The position numbers and the translations under genes were made by a program. A stretch of DNA of 64,000 nt, taken from Paramoeba atlantica. Its lineage: Eukaryota; Protista; Discosea. Shown here piece after piece: positions 13,388-27,693 of the stretch (position 1 is the first letter of the stretch; the number at the start of each line of letters is the position of its first letter). The DNA is taken from assembly GCA_977017575.1 (NCBI GenBank), contig CDRNVI010000143.1, positions 124,001-188,000 of the forward strand, in the 5' to 3' direction. Under the pieces are notes generated by a model, which saw only the letters and a program-made list of their open reading frames with translations, was not told the DNA's origin and did not search any database.

Positions 13388-16300
13388 CAATGAAAGAGAT
13401 TTTTATTCGAAATAGATGGTTGTAAGAGAAGGGAATGGTTCTCACCCAGTGAGAGGAGGAACTGCAGAAAAAGGAGGTAGTACATGTGGAAAGAAGAGGG
13501 GGGAATGGAAATGTCATTTGGATTGAGAGATGATGAGAAGCACAGAGAGTGATGGGTCAAAAGGGGGTTGCTGGGTTTTAGATTTTCCTGTATGCTCATC
13601 ATGTGGTTTGCCATTGCTTTCATTAGTGCAGCTGAAATCTTCTTCTTTGCTGTTCTTAAGAAGAGGGGGAGGGGGTTGGCATCCAGGACCTGGTCATTTT
13701 GGAGGGCAATTGAGGCGAGGGACTGTAGGAGTGCACTAATGTCAGGGGATATTCCACCACCTGAGGATGAAGATGCTGGAAGGAAGATGACTTCACCTTG
13801 GAGAAATGGAAAGAGTTATTTGTTTAAGGGTCCGTTTCTCCTCAGGGGTGTCTCTGCCCCTTCCTGCATTAAAGTCTGTTTCAGTCAGACATCTGTCCAC
13901 ATATTCTCTGCATTTCATGATCCTGGCATGGTGTGCAGCAGGTGAGAGGGTGTTGAGTATGGGGGGTCAGAGTGGGTTTTGGTGGGTGTTTGGATCACAC
14001 AGTGAAAGTGGGGGGTTTTGTGGGTTGACACAACTCGGACATCAATACACAGATCCTGGTCGCCTTGCCACTCGCGGATTGTAAGATCAGGTTGCTTGTG
14101 TGACTTCCCAATTGGCCGGTAGGCTCCATCTTGGATTGTTGTTTTTCCCGCCCAGCTGGCAATGTTCTTGAGTTCGTCACGGAGAGCATGGTGTCTTCTT
14201 GTGTGGTTCCTCTTCCATGACTGGTGCAATCTGAGAGGTGGAGGGAGGATGCAGCACAGAGTTCTTTTTCACAGAATCCACACTTGACAGTCCCAAGTTC
14301 GCAGAGAGCCCCAAGGTGTGGGTCAACTATGTCAAGCCTACATCGGTAGGCTGAGCGAAAATCTTCAGCATTTAAGGCTCGATATGGCTTTGGCCCAGAG
14401 GTGGTCCTTGTCTGGGTAGGCTGTCATCCACAAGTGGGTGGTGGGGCCAACCTCATTCTCACAGATTGCACGGCAGAGGTTTTTGTCTTGTGTTGGGTCC
14501 ATGATCTTCTTTTTGACATCCTGAAGTTCACAGGAGGTGAACTTCTTCTGTGGTTTGTAGTTTTCTCCAGTGCCCATTGAGTCAGATGGTGGCTCTGTCA
14601 ATCGAGTTAGGAGCTCATGGACAGAGGTACCACTTGGCAGTTTCCACTCGCTCAAGATGAAGCTTTCAAAATGGTCATATATGCTTGGTGGAGAGCCTGG
14701 CGCTGGGGTGAGTCACTCTTCCAGAAGTCTTCAAAGAGGTTGATAAGTTCAGGTTTGAACTCAGAGCAGGATCGGTAGACTGAGATCCAGGAGCCAAGGA
14801 AGGCTGCTTGGTGGGTGTTCTGAGAGTAGCTCAAGCCACCACCACCTTTTGACTTTGGAAGGCCTGCAGCTTCTACTCGAGAGAGATGGAGTTCTTTGTT
14901 TGGATGCAGGTGGGGGACTTGGAGGGGGTTGAGGAGGTAATTGATGTTTGTTGTAGTGGTTTGCTTGATGAAGTCTTGGAAAGGGGTTAAAGAGAGAGGT
15001 GTTGTGCGACAGATGTATGTTAGTTTGGGTGTGATGGTTTTGACAAAAAGCTCGAGACTTTCATGGGGGTTGGAGAACATTATTAAACAGTGGTCTTGTG
15101 ATGCTTGTTGGTATTCTTGAGCAAGGGTGTGAAGCCACTTGGAAATTTGAGTGTTCAGCCCGATGGGTGACCCTAGAACTGTGATTACTTCCGCCTTCCC
15201 AATGCCAAGATTTTTGAGGTCATTGCTCCTGGGCGCTTCGGGAGAGAAACAGACCATTTTGCCCCTTTCTGTGCCAAGTTTGAGGTTGGCATTTGGGAGG
15301 ACACTCTGGATCTGAGTGGTGATTTCTGCAATGGCAACCAGGCTCCCACAAACAAATATATCATCGACAAAGAGGAGAAGAAGAAGTGCATTCGGTGGAG
15401 CATCAACCTTCTGAAAGATTGGATTGAGGATTCCATGAAATCCCAGACAAAAGAAAATTGTCCCGAGGGGATCTCCTTGCTGGACACCCTCCTCCATGGT
15501 GAGGGTGTGGTTCCGGTCATGAGAGAGTGAGGGGTGTTACCGAAGAATAGAAGGTGTAGAGGTATGGAAGTAATACAGGGGCCAGCTGGACTGTGCTCTC
15601 AAAGATGGTTTTTCTTGAGATGGAATTGAAGGCATTAACAATGTCCAGTTTCGCAGCATAATGTTGTGGGTGGAGGTGGAGATAGGTGTGATATTGCTTT
15701 GTGGACCATTTCTGCACCACTTGGCAAGCATACACCATACTGATGGGACAATTTCTCAGGAATTCCCTCGTGTTGGACTTCAAGAACAAGTGCTAATCGC
15801 TGCCCACCTCTTGAGAACTTCAGCAACACCAATTGGACGGATCCCTTTGTCCCCTTTTGCCAGAGGAATGAAGAGAGAGGTTGCCATGATGTTGTGTATG
15901 GTTTCATTGAGTTTTTGATTGGTGATTAAGACAGTCAATTCTTTGAGGGTTGAGCGGAGTTCTCGGTCTGTGCATAGGAGTGTGACAAACTCATAAGACG
16001 TGCGGCCTTTTGGAAGTCTCTGAAGGGCCAGATCAAGTGAGTCAAAGGACTGAAACTCATCTTGTTCAAGGATTGCTGGTTTCCAGTCAGGAATTTCGGC
16101 TCGATCTGGTGGAGTCCACGCCTGCTCAGATCTTGGGTAGAGGTTCTTCACAGTTTCACGATTTTCTGGGACTGAGAGATCCCTGAATCCACTCTTGGAT
16201 TGAAGCTTCCTTGCAGCTTTGGAGAGATGTCCTTTTCTGACCTCTTCAATAATCTGGTCTGCCTTGGTTTTCTTGGTGGACTTCTGCCTCCTCTTTTGCT

Positions 16301-18400
16301 TGAGTTTGCTGAGCTCACCCTCAAGTTTTTTGTGGAGTCTCTCCCACTCAAAATTTCGCACCATGGTGCATCGAGATTTCACTTCTTTCATTCCTTGAGT
16401 ACCCCTTCTAAGGCAGCCAAAGATCCATTTTGGGAGGAGGATCAGGAGTTGGGGTATCTTATGAAAGAGGTGTCATACAGCACAAAAAGTTTTGATGACT
16501 GTATCACGAAGGCAGAGTGGTACTGAGTCCATGTAGCAGAGGGGGATGTGTTTTGAGAAGGAGTCTCCTTCAAGAGAGAGGATGAAGTTCATTGTAGTCT
16601 CTTCTTTGCTTCCATGAGGAAGGGTTGTAGAGCGCCCATGATTGAAGAAGAGTTGTTGGATGTGTTGTGGGTCTGGGTCGAGGATGGGTGTGATTCTCCA
16701 GGTGTTGTCAGGGCATCCTCTGTGTACTGCTAAACTTGTGATCCTATCTGCCAAAGAGTTGTTCTTGCGGTTTCTCCAGTTAATATGGTTTTCAGGGCTT
16801 GGGAGAATGGATGAGAGAGTGGACAATTTCCTTGTTCTCATGAACGACACAGAGTGATGAGCTTCCAACACACCATCCATTTGGGTTGGTAGCAACAGAT
16901 CCATCCCCACAGATGAAAAAGAAGTTGTCTTTGACATTTGTGAGCGAGATTTCGGGAGGCTGTGGTGCAGGTTTCCAGTGTTGCCAGAACTGTAGGAGAA
17001 AGGCTATTCTCCCTGTGCTACTTGCGATTCGAGAGAAGGGGGATGATATCTCATCTTGCTTTGTTTGTTGAGCATTTTTGAAATCTGAGGAGAGAATGGG
17101 AGTAAGGTCTTAGTTTTTCTGTTGGCCACCAAAGAAGTGGTTGATTCCAAGTCCAAGGAGGTCACAAGCTCTGCATGTTTGGAGGGAGCTTGTTCTTGTG
17201 CGATCCAAGTTTCTGAAGTGGGGGACAGTTAAGACTATATCTTCAAAGGAGCCATTTTTGAAGAGTTCAAGGATAAGGGAGAGGGAGGGAGGAGTTTGTT
17301 GAAAAGAAGGTGGGCCATGAGAAGAAGGGCGGTGGGAAAGTTGTTGGGGAGGGGGAGCGAGAGGGGAGTGAGAGGGGGTGTGGGAAGGGAGGTGGTGAGG
17401 TGGGCTTGGGGGGGGGCAAATGAGGTGGATGGGAAGGAGGGTGGAGAGGTGTGTGAGGTGAGGGGTGAGATGGGGGAGGAGGAAAAGGGGTGATGGGATG
17501 GTTTTCTGTGCTGTTGTGGCATTGTGTTGAACAATAATGCATTTGGCAGTGGTTACAGGAGATGTGGGAGCCAACTTCTGCTTTACCATTGCATTCAGGG
17601 TTGTTACATGAAGGGGGAGGGGTGCTGGAGGGATTGAGATCAGGATTAAGATTGAGATGAAGAGTGGGATAGGGAATGGGGGAGGGGAGTGGGGAGGGAG
17701 GGGGGGAGGGAAGTGGGGAGGGAGGGTGGGAGGGAATTGGGGAGGGAGGGTGGGAGGGGGGATTGGAGGGAGAGCAGGGAGGGGAGGTTAGGGATGGGAG
17801 AGGTTGGGGGGGGGGGGGAGGAAGAGGGTGACAGAGAGTTTGTGACTTCCTGTGGTGGGAAAAGGAGCAGAATGTAAGGAGGCACTTCTCACATTGGGAG
17901 ACTATTACTTTTTGGTGTTGGCCTCTGCATCTTCAGTACGAGCAATTGCCAAGGAATTTTGGAGGATGTGAAGTTGTCTTCTGGGCCTGAGGATTGTCCA
18001 TTCGATTTAGTTCTTTTTCTCTTTCTTTTCTGTTTCTTTCATTCTTTTCTTTTTCTGATTTTTCTCTTTCTTCCTCTTTTTTTCCATTCTTTTTCCTTCC
18101 TGTTTTTTTTCCTCCTCTATTTTCTTTTTCTTTTTGTTCTCTTCCTTTCTTTTCTCTCTTTCTTTGTTGTTTCTGCTCCTGCTCTCTTGCTTTTTTGGGG
18201 TTCTCTTTGTCTTTTTCCTTGCTTTTCTCTTTCTCTGACCTTTTCTTTTTTTCCTTCTTTTTCTTTCTCTTGCTCTCCTTCTTGGCTGCAACTCTTTTCT
18301 GAGTGAAGTTTTGGGAACCGAAAGTTTTCTGTGCTATCTGGTTTGAGGGTGCCCAGGATCAAGAGGCATGGCTGTGGCAATCTCAAAAATCTTTTGTTAT
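13357..18400 (-). mobile_element. CRE/SLACS-clade non-LTR retrotransposon (RT + CCHC + restriction-like endonuclease), frameshifted, with poly(A) tail
   Basis: KGHLSKAARKL, KGIRPIGVAE, QYGV, KLDIVNAFNSISR, GVQQGDPLG (~15463-15488), FVDD (15360-15371), LGSPIG, LPKSKGGGG, CGFC..H..C..TRRHH, QPDLT/IDV (14038-14091), FLP...GG; AATAAA (13402-13407, minus) then a 31-nt poly(A) (13357-13387). 5' end not defined. Confidence 0.88.
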
Positions 18401-19779
18401 GTCAGGGGTGGGGAGCAGAGCTTTTGAAGGTGGGGTTTGAGAGGAAGAGGGGAGAGTGGGTATTGATTTGGATGAAGTGGGAAGTGATTGGTGGTGTGGT
18501 TGGTTTGTGGTTTGTTGTTTGTTGTTTTTCAAGGGGGAAAAAGTCTTTTTTTTTTCTCTTTTTTTCTTTTCTTTTTCTTTTGAAATCTCTTTTTTTTTTC
18601 CTTTCCTCCCCTCCCTCCTTTTTTTTTTTTTGTCTTTTTGTCTTTTTCACTTTGTTTTTGTTTTTCTTTTCTTTCTCTTTCATTCTTCTTCTCTCTTTTG
18701 GGATTTTTGAATTCTTTGTTTTTCTTTTGTCTCTCCTTTCTCCCTTTCTCACCACCACTCTTTCTCTCTTTCTAGAGTGCAAACATGTCCAAAGTTGTGC
18801 AGGTAGTGCCATGACAAAGACTTTTTTCTTTTTTTGTTCTTTTGTTTTGGAGTTGAATTGTTCTGGCCCTTGAAATTGCTCAAAAAAATTATTGTACAAC
18901 TTTGATTAAGGCAGGTATTTCTTTCAATCCCCAAAATTTTTTTGGATTTTAAATTCAAAGACCCTCTTCTTGAAACTGATCTTTTTTTTTTTTGAAAAAA
19001 GACTCATGAAACCCATAAAGAAGCGATTCTTGAAAGTAGTGCAAGCTGAGTGTGAATATTGTCAAGGACCAGACCACAAAGCAATGACTTATGCTGGACC
19101 ATTCATTGCTGTTCCTTCCTTGTCTGAGGAGAAATGGTGAAGACAATTAAAAAAGGTTTTAGATTGAAAAATTATTAGAGAAGGACTCACCTCCTAGAAC
19201 CAATGATTGAAACACTGAAAATTGTGAATTGTTGTTGAACATTTTGTTTTGAATGAAAATGGTTGTTTTTCTTTATTGGCCCCCAAATTCTTTGATAAAG
19301 TTGGGCAATCTGCTTTTGTGGAAGTGGTGGGGAATTTTCTGGTGGTTTATGAAGTGGTCATGATTGAAACAAGGAAAGCCAACCTGCTTGTGGTTATTTT
19401 ATTTGCTGCCCACCACACATCAAAGCATTTAATAACCTTGATCTTTTTGTTGATAAAAGTTCATCATTTGATTGATCTTCCTGAGGAAATTTCATTTCAT
19501 GACCTCCTTGCTTGCAAAGAAGACTGAGGAGGATGAGGAGAATGATAAAAAAGGAAAAGAAGAAGAGGAGGAGCAGGTAAGAACTCTTGAACTTGGTGCT
19601 GGTGGATTGCAATTCTCTTTCTTCCCTTGATATGGCCCAGAGAAATATTTCTCCTGCAATTTGAGAATTTTTCCGAATTTTTTTGAAAAAAGACCCTACT
19701 CTTCCATCACCAACCACAATCCAATAGATTTGTTGTGAAGGCAGCATCCAATCAAAATTAGAAGTACTACTATGAGTCC

Positions 19780-20465
19780 AAGAATGAAAATCCTCAACTC
19801 TCTCTCATGATGAAAGTTCATTACAAGGACAAAATCTTCTTTCTATTGGGATCCAGGGCAAAGGTAGGTATGTTAATTTAGGTATTTGAGAAACAGTTGA
19901 TCATGATGCCCTGTCAATTGCAAAGGATATTTTTTCTCTTTTAAATGGTCTCCAAAATCTGGCAAAGAAATTCCCTAAAACCCAGTCCTTTTCAGATTCT
20001 TTGAGCCTCTCTTCCTTTGAATCTGTGATGGGGGATCATACTCCTTCAAACCCAGCAGCAGTTGGAGAATTGAGTCAAATGGCTGGAAAAATCCTTCAGA
20101 TTCTTGGTTGCCATGCCCATAAATGTGATCTTGTTGAAGAAGCTTTTTGAAAGGTCCTAATTAAAAATCTGTTTTTTTGAGTTGAACAGGTTGTTGATGA
20201 TGATAGTCTTGATTGTGGTGGTGGATCTGACTTATTGATGAAAGCTCCAACAAGAGTGAAAAATATTCACTCTTCTTCATACTTTCTGTATCAACTTGGA
20301 AAACTTGCATTGACTTCATTAAACAAGTATGGGCATTCTGAAAAATTTCAAGTCTGGACAGCACAACATAATTTTATCCACCACCACCTCACACCTCTCC
20401 ACTCAAATCAGTTTTTAGTTTATTCATACAATAGTTTGACTTGTTATCAAGACTTACACTATTAG
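19780..20465 (+). pseudogene. hAT-like transposase, second, more decayed copy
   Basis: HDES (19806-19817), MGDH (20028-20039), LGCHAHKCDL (CHAH at 20109-20120), LTPLHSNQFLVYSYN; in-frame TGA stops; homologous to 89-1260. Confidence 0.65.
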
Positions 20466-20554
20466 GAAATGTTTGTGGGAAGTTGTTTGCCTTCTTCCAC
20501 TTGAACATTTGAAATAGAGAATGAACAAGAAATTATTAAAAGTGATTTTTTTAA

Positions 20555-23500
20555 TATTAATTTTTTTGTAATTTCAATTTCTTAATTATGTTTCCATATT
20601 GAATAAAATGTTTTTATTTATTTTTTAATTTTATGATATGTTTTAAATTTATTTTTCATTTTAAAAATATTTTTTAAGTTGGTTCAATCAAATTTCTTAA
20701 TTGTTTTGAATTGATGTATTTGATTTATTTTTTATTTTCTTTTTTTTACATTAATTTTTTGTAATTTCAATTTCTTAATTATGTCTCCATATTGAATGCA
20801 ATTCCTTAATTTATTTTCTGATTCTGTGATATTTTTAGAATTTATGTTTCAGATCTATGATATTTTTTAAGTTGGTTCAATCAAATTTCTTAATTGTTTT
20901 GAATTGATGTATTTGATTTATTTTTTATTTTCTTTTTTTTACATTAATTTTTTGTAATTTCAATTTCTTAATTATGTCTCCATATTGAATGCAATTCCTT
21001 AATTTATTTTCTGATTCTGTGATATTTTTAGAATTTATGTTTCAGATCTATGATATTTTTTAAGTTGGTTCAATCAAATTTCTTAATTGTTTTGAATTGA
21101 TGTATTTGATTTATTTTTTATTTTCTTTTTTTTACATTAATTTTTTGTAATTTCAATTTCTTAATTATGTCTCCATATTGAATGCAATTCCTTAATTTAT
21201 TTTCTGATTCTGTGATATTTTTAGAATTTATGTTTCAGATCTATGATATTTTTTAAGTTGGTTCAATCAAATTTCTTAATTGTTTTGAATTGATGTATTT
21301 GATTTATTTTTTATTTTCTTTTTTTTACATTAATTTTTTGTAATTTCAATTTCTTAATTATGTCTCCATATTGAATGCAATTCCTTAATTTATTTTCTGA
21401 TTCTGTGATATTTTTAGAATTTATGTTTCAGATCTATGATATTTTTTAAGTTGGTTCAATCAAATTTCTTAATTGTTTTGAATTGATGTATTTGATTTAT
21501 TTTTTATTTTCTTTTTTTTACATTAATTTTTTGTAATTTCAATTTCTTAATTATGTCTCCATATTGAATGCAATTCCTTAATTTATTTTCTGATTCTGTG
21601 ATATTTTTAGAATTTATGTTTCAGATCTATGATATTTTTTAAGTTGGTTCAATCAAATTTCTTAATTGTTTTGAATTGATGTATTTGATTTATTTTTTAT
21701 TTTCTTTTTTTTACATTAATTTTTTGTAATTTCAATTTCTTAATTATGTCTCCATATTGAATGCAATTCCTTAATTTATTTTCTGATTCTGTGATATTTT
21801 TAGAATTTATGTTTCAGATCTATGATATTTTTTAAGTTGGTTCAATCAAATTTCTTAATTGTTTTGAATTGATGTATTTGATTTATTTTTTATTTTCTTT
21901 TTTTTACATTAATTTTTTGTAATTTCAATTTCTTAATTATGTCTCCATATTGAATGCAATTCCTTAATTTATTTTCTGATTCTGTGATATTTTTAGAATT
22001 TATGTTTCAGATCTATGATATTTTTTAAGTTGGTTCAATCAAATTTCTTAATTGTTTTGAATTGATGTATTTGATTTATTTTTTATTTTCTTTTTTTTAC
22101 ATTAATTTTTTGTAATTTCAATTTCTTAATTATGTCTCCATATTGAATGCAATTCCTTAATTTATTTTCTGATTCTGTGATATTTTTAGAATTTATGTTT
22201 CAGATCTATGATATTTTTTAAGTTGGTTCAATCAAATTTCTTAATTGTTTTGAATTGATGTATTTGATTTATTTTTTATTTTCTTTTTTTTACATTAATT
22301 TTTTGTAATTTCAATTTCTTAATTATGTCTCCATATTGAATGCAATTCCTTAATTTATTTTCTGATTCTGTGATATTTTTAGAATTTATGTTTCAGATCT
22401 ATGATATTTTTTAAGTTGGTTCAATCAAATTTCTTAATTGTTTTGAATTGATGTATTTGATTTATTTTTTATTTTCTTTTTTTTACATTAATTTTTTGTA
22501 ATTTCAATTTCTTAATTATGTCTCCATATTGAATGCAATTCCTTAATTTATTTTCTGATTCTGTGATATTTTTAGAATTTATGTTTCAGATCTATGATAT
22601 TTTTTAAGTTGGTTCAATCAAATTTCTTAATTGTTTTGAATTGATGTATTTGATTTATTTTTTATTTTCTTTTTTTTACATTAATTTTTTGTAATTTCAA
22701 TTTCTTAATTATGTCTCCATATTGAATGCAATTCCTTAATTTATTTTCTGATTCTGTGATATTTTTAGAATTTATGTTTCAGATCTATGATATTTTTTAA
22801 GTTGGTTCAATCAAATTTCTTAATTGTTTTGAATTGATGTATTTGATTTATTTTTTATTTTCTTTTTTTTACATTAATTTTTTGTAATTTCAATTTCTTA
22901 ATTATGTCTCCATATTGAATGCAATTCCTTAATTTATTTTCTGATTCTGTGATATTTTTAGAATTTATGTTTCAGATCTATGATATTTTTTAAGTTGGTT
23001 CAATCAAATTTCTTAATTGTTTTGAATTGATGTATTTGATTTATTTTTTATTTTCTTTTTTTTACATTAATTTTTTGTAATTTCAATTTCTTAATTATGT
23101 CTCCATATTGAATGCAATTCCTTAATTTATTTTCTGATTCTGTGATATTTTTAGAATTTATGTTTCAGATCTATGATATTTTTTAAGTTGGTTCAATCAA
23201 ATTTCTTAATTGTTTTGAATTGATGTATTTGATTTATTTTTTATTTTCTTTTTTTTACATTAATTTTTTGTAATTTCAATTTCTTAATTATGTCTCCATA
23301 TTGAATGCAATTCCTTAATTTATTTTCTGATTCTGTGATATTTTTAGAATTTATGTTTCAGATCTATGATATTTTTTAAGTTGGTTCAATCAAATTTCTT
23401 AATTGTTTTGAATTGATGTATTTGATTTATTTTTTATTTTCTTTTTTTTACATTAATTTTTTGTAATTTCAATTTCTTAATTATGTCTCCATATTGAATG

Positions 23501-26500
23501 CAATTCCTTAATTTATTTTCTGATTCTGTGATATTTTTAGAATTTATGTTTCAGATCTATGATATTTTTTAAGTTGGTTCAATCAAATTTCTTAATTGTT
23601 TTGAATTGATGTATTTGATTTATTTTTTATTTTCTTTTTTTTACATTAATTTTTTGTAATTTCAATTTCTTAATTATGTCTCCATATTGAATGCAATTCC
23701 TTAATTTATTTTCTGATTCTGTGATATTTTTAGAATTTATGTTTCAGATCTATGATATTTTTTAAGTTGGTTCAATCAAATTTCTTAATTGTTTTGAATT
23801 GATGTATTTGATTTATTTTTTATTTTCTTTTTTTTACATTAATTTTTTGTAATTTCAATTTCTTAATTATGTCTCCATATTGAATGCAATTCCTTAATTT
23901 ATTTTCTGATTCTGTGATATTTTTAGAATTTATGTTTCAGATCTATGATATTTTTTAAGTTGGTTCAATCAAATTTCTTAATTGTTTTGAATTGATGTAT
24001 TTGATTTATTTTTTATTTTCTTTTTTTTACATTAATTTTTTGTAATTTCAATTTCTTAATTATGTCTCCATATTGAATGCAATTCCTTAATTTATTTTCT
24101 GATTCTGTGATATTTTTAGAATTTATGTTTCAGATCTATGATATTTTTTAAGTTGGTTCAATCAAATTTCTTAATTGTTTTGAATTGATGTATTTGATTT
24201 ATTTTTTATTTTCTTTTTTTTACATTAATTTTTTGTAATTTCAATTTCTTAATTATGTCTCCATATTGAATGCAATTCCTTAATTTATTTTCTGATTCTG
24301 TGATATTTTTAGAATTTATGTTTCAGATCTATGATATTTTTTAAGTTGGTTCAATCAAATTTCTTAATTGTTTTGAATTGATGTATTTGATTTATTTTTT
24401 ATTTTCTTTTTTTTACATTAATTTTTTGTAATTTCAATTTCTTAATTATGTCTCCATATTGAATGCAATTCCTTAATTTATTTTCTGATTCTGTGATATT
24501 TTTAGAATTTATGTTTCAGATCTATGATATTTTTTAAGTTGGTTCAATCAAATTTCTTAATTGTTTTGAATTGATGTATTTGATTTATTTTTTATTTTCT
24601 TTTTTTTACATTAATTTTTTGTAATTTCAATTTCTTAATTATGTCTCCATATTGAATGCAATTCCTTAATTTATTTTCTGATTCTGTGATATTTTTAGAA
24701 TTTATGTTTCAGATCTATGATATTTTTTAAGTTGGTTCAATCAAATTTCTTAATTGTTTTGAATTGATGTATTTGATTTATTTTTTATTTTCTTTTTTTT
24801 ACATTAATTTTTTGTAATTTCAATTTCTTAATTATGTCTCCATATTGAATGCAATTCCTTAATTTATTTTCTGATTCTGTGATATTTTTAGAATTTATGT
24901 TTCAGATCTATGATATTTTTTAAGTTGGTTCAATCAAATTTCTTAATTGTTTTGAATTGATGTATTTGATTTATTTTTTATTTTCTTTTTTTTACATTAA
25001 TTTTTTGTAATTTCAATTTCTTAATTATGTCTCCATATTGAATGCAATTCCTTAATTTATTTTCTGATTCTGTGATATTTTTAGAATTTATGTTTCAGAT
25101 CTATGATATTTTTTAAGTTGGTTCAATCAAATTTCTTAATTGTTTTGAATTGATGTATTTGATTTATTTTTTATTTTCTTTTTTTTACATTAATTTTTTG
25201 TAATTTCAATTTCTTAATTATGTCTCCATATTGAATGCAATTCCTTAATTTATTTTCTGATTCTGTGATATTTTTAGAATTTATGTTTCAGATCTATGAT
25301 ATTTTTTAAGTTGGTTCAATCAAATTTCTTAATTGTTTTGAATTGATGTATTTGATTTATTTTTTATTTTCTTTTTTTTACATTAATTTTTTGTAATTTC
25401 AATTTCTTAATTATGTCTCCATATTGAATGCAATTCCTTAATTTATTTTCTGATTCTGTGATATTTTTAGAATTTATGTTTCAGATCTATGATATTTTTT
25501 AAGTTGGTTCAATCAAATTTCTTAATTGTTTTGAATTGATGTATTTGATTTATTTTTTATTTTCTTTTTTTTACATTAATTTTTTGTAATTTCAATTTCT
25601 TAATTATGTCTCCATATTGAATGCAATTCCTTAATTTATTTTCTGATTCTGTGATATTTTTAGAATTTATGTTTCAGATCTATGATATTTTTTAAGTTGG
25701 TTCAATCAAATTTCTTAATTGTTTTGAATTGATGTATTTGATTTATTTTTTATTTTCTTTTTTTTACATTAATTTTTTGTAATTTCAATTTCTTAATTAT
25801 GTCTCCATATTGAATGCAATTCCTTAATTTATTTTCTGATTCTGTGATATTTTTAGAATTTATGTTTCAGATCTATGATATTTTTTAAGTTGGTTCAATC
25901 AAATTTCTTAATTGTTTTGAATTGATGTATTTGATTTATTTTTTATTTTCTTTTTTTTACATTAATTTTTTGTAATTTCAATTTCTTAATTATGTCTCCA
26001 TATTGAATGCAATTCCTTAATTTATTTTCTGATTCTGTGATATTTTTAGAATTTATGTTTCAGATCTATGATATTTTTTAAGTTGGTTCAATCAAATTTC
26101 TTAATTGTTTTGAATTGATGTATTTGATTTATTTTTTATTTTCTTTTTTTTACATTAATTTTTTGTAATTTCAATTTCTTAATTATGTCTCCATATTGAA
26201 TGCAATTCCTTAATTTATTTTCTGATTCTGTGATATTTTTAGAATTTATGTTTCAGATCTATGATATTTTTTAAGTTGGTTCAATCAAATTTCTTAATTG
26301 TTTTGAATTGATGTATTTGATTTATTTTTTATTTTCTTTTTTTTACATTAATTTTTTGTAATTTCAATTTCTTAATTATGTCTCCATATTGAATGCAATT
26401 CCTTAATTTATTTTCTGATTCTGTGATATTTTTAGAATTTATGTTTCAGATCTATGATATTTTTTAAGTTGGTTCAATCAAATTTCTTAATTGTTTTGAA

Positions 26501-27693
26501 TTGATGTATTTGATTTATTTTTTATTTTCTTTTTTTTACATTAATTTTTTGTAATTTCAATTTCTTAATTATGTCTCCATATTGAATGCAATTCCTTAAT
26601 TTATTTTCTGATTCTGTGATATTTTTAGAATTTATGTTTCAGATCTATGATATTTTTTAAGTTGGTTCAATCAAATTTCTTAATTGTTTTGAATTGATGT
26701 ATTTGATTTATTTTTTATTTTCTTTTTTTTACATTAATTTTTTGTAATTTCAATTTCTTAATTATGTCTCCATATTGAATGCAATTCCTTAATTTATTTT
26801 CTGATTCTGTGATATTTTTAGAATTTATGTTTCAGATCTATGATATTTTTTAAGTTGGTTCAATCAAATTTCTTAATTGTTTTGAATTGATGTATTTGAT
26901 TTATTTTTTATTTTCTTTTTTTTACATTAATTTTTTGTAATTTCAATTTCTTAATTATGTCTCCATATTGAATGCAATTCCTTAATTTATTTTCTGATTC
27001 TGTGATATTTTTAGAATTTATGTTTCAGATCTATGATATTTTTTAAGTTGGTTCAATCAAATTTCTTAATTGTTTTGAATTGATGTATTTGATTTATTTT
27101 TTATTTTCTTTTTTTTACATTAATTTTTTGTAATTTCAATTTCTTAATTATGTCTCCATATTGAATGCAATTCCTTAATTTATTTTCTGATTCTGTGATA
27201 TTTTTAGAATTTATGTTTCAGATCTATGATATTTTTTAAGTTGGTTCAATCAAATTTCTTAATTGTTTTGAATTGATGTATTTGATTTATTTTTTATTTT
27301 CTTTTTTTTACATTAATTTTTTGTAATTTCAATTTCTTAATTATGTCTCCATATTGAATGCAATTCCTTAATTTATTTTCTGATTCTGTGATATTTTTAG
27401 AATTTATGTTTCAGATCTATGATATTTTTTAAGTTGGTTCAATCAAATTTCTTAATTGTTTTGAATTGATGTATTTGATTTATTTTTTATTTTCTTTTTT
27501 TTACATTAATTTTTTGTAATTTCAATTTCTTAATTATGTCTCCATATTGAATGCAATTCCTTAATTTATTTTCTGATTCTGTGATATTTTTAGAATTTAT
27601 GTTTCAGATCTATGATATTTTTTAAGTTGGTTCAATCAAATTTCTTAATTGTTTTGAATTGATGTATTTGATTTATTTTTTATTTTCTTTTTT
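20555..27693. repeat. Tandem satellite, 193-bp unit, 36 full units plus partial units, ~19% GC
   Basis: GTTGGTTCAATC starts at 20678, 20871, 21064, 21257 ... 27626 (6948 = 36 x 193 exactly); units appear identical; one AGATCT per unit. Confidence 0.98.

Noticed and set aside
20555-27693. 193-bp array as a CRISPR array
   Set aside because: Units are identical with no unique spacers; eukaryotic context; no cas genes
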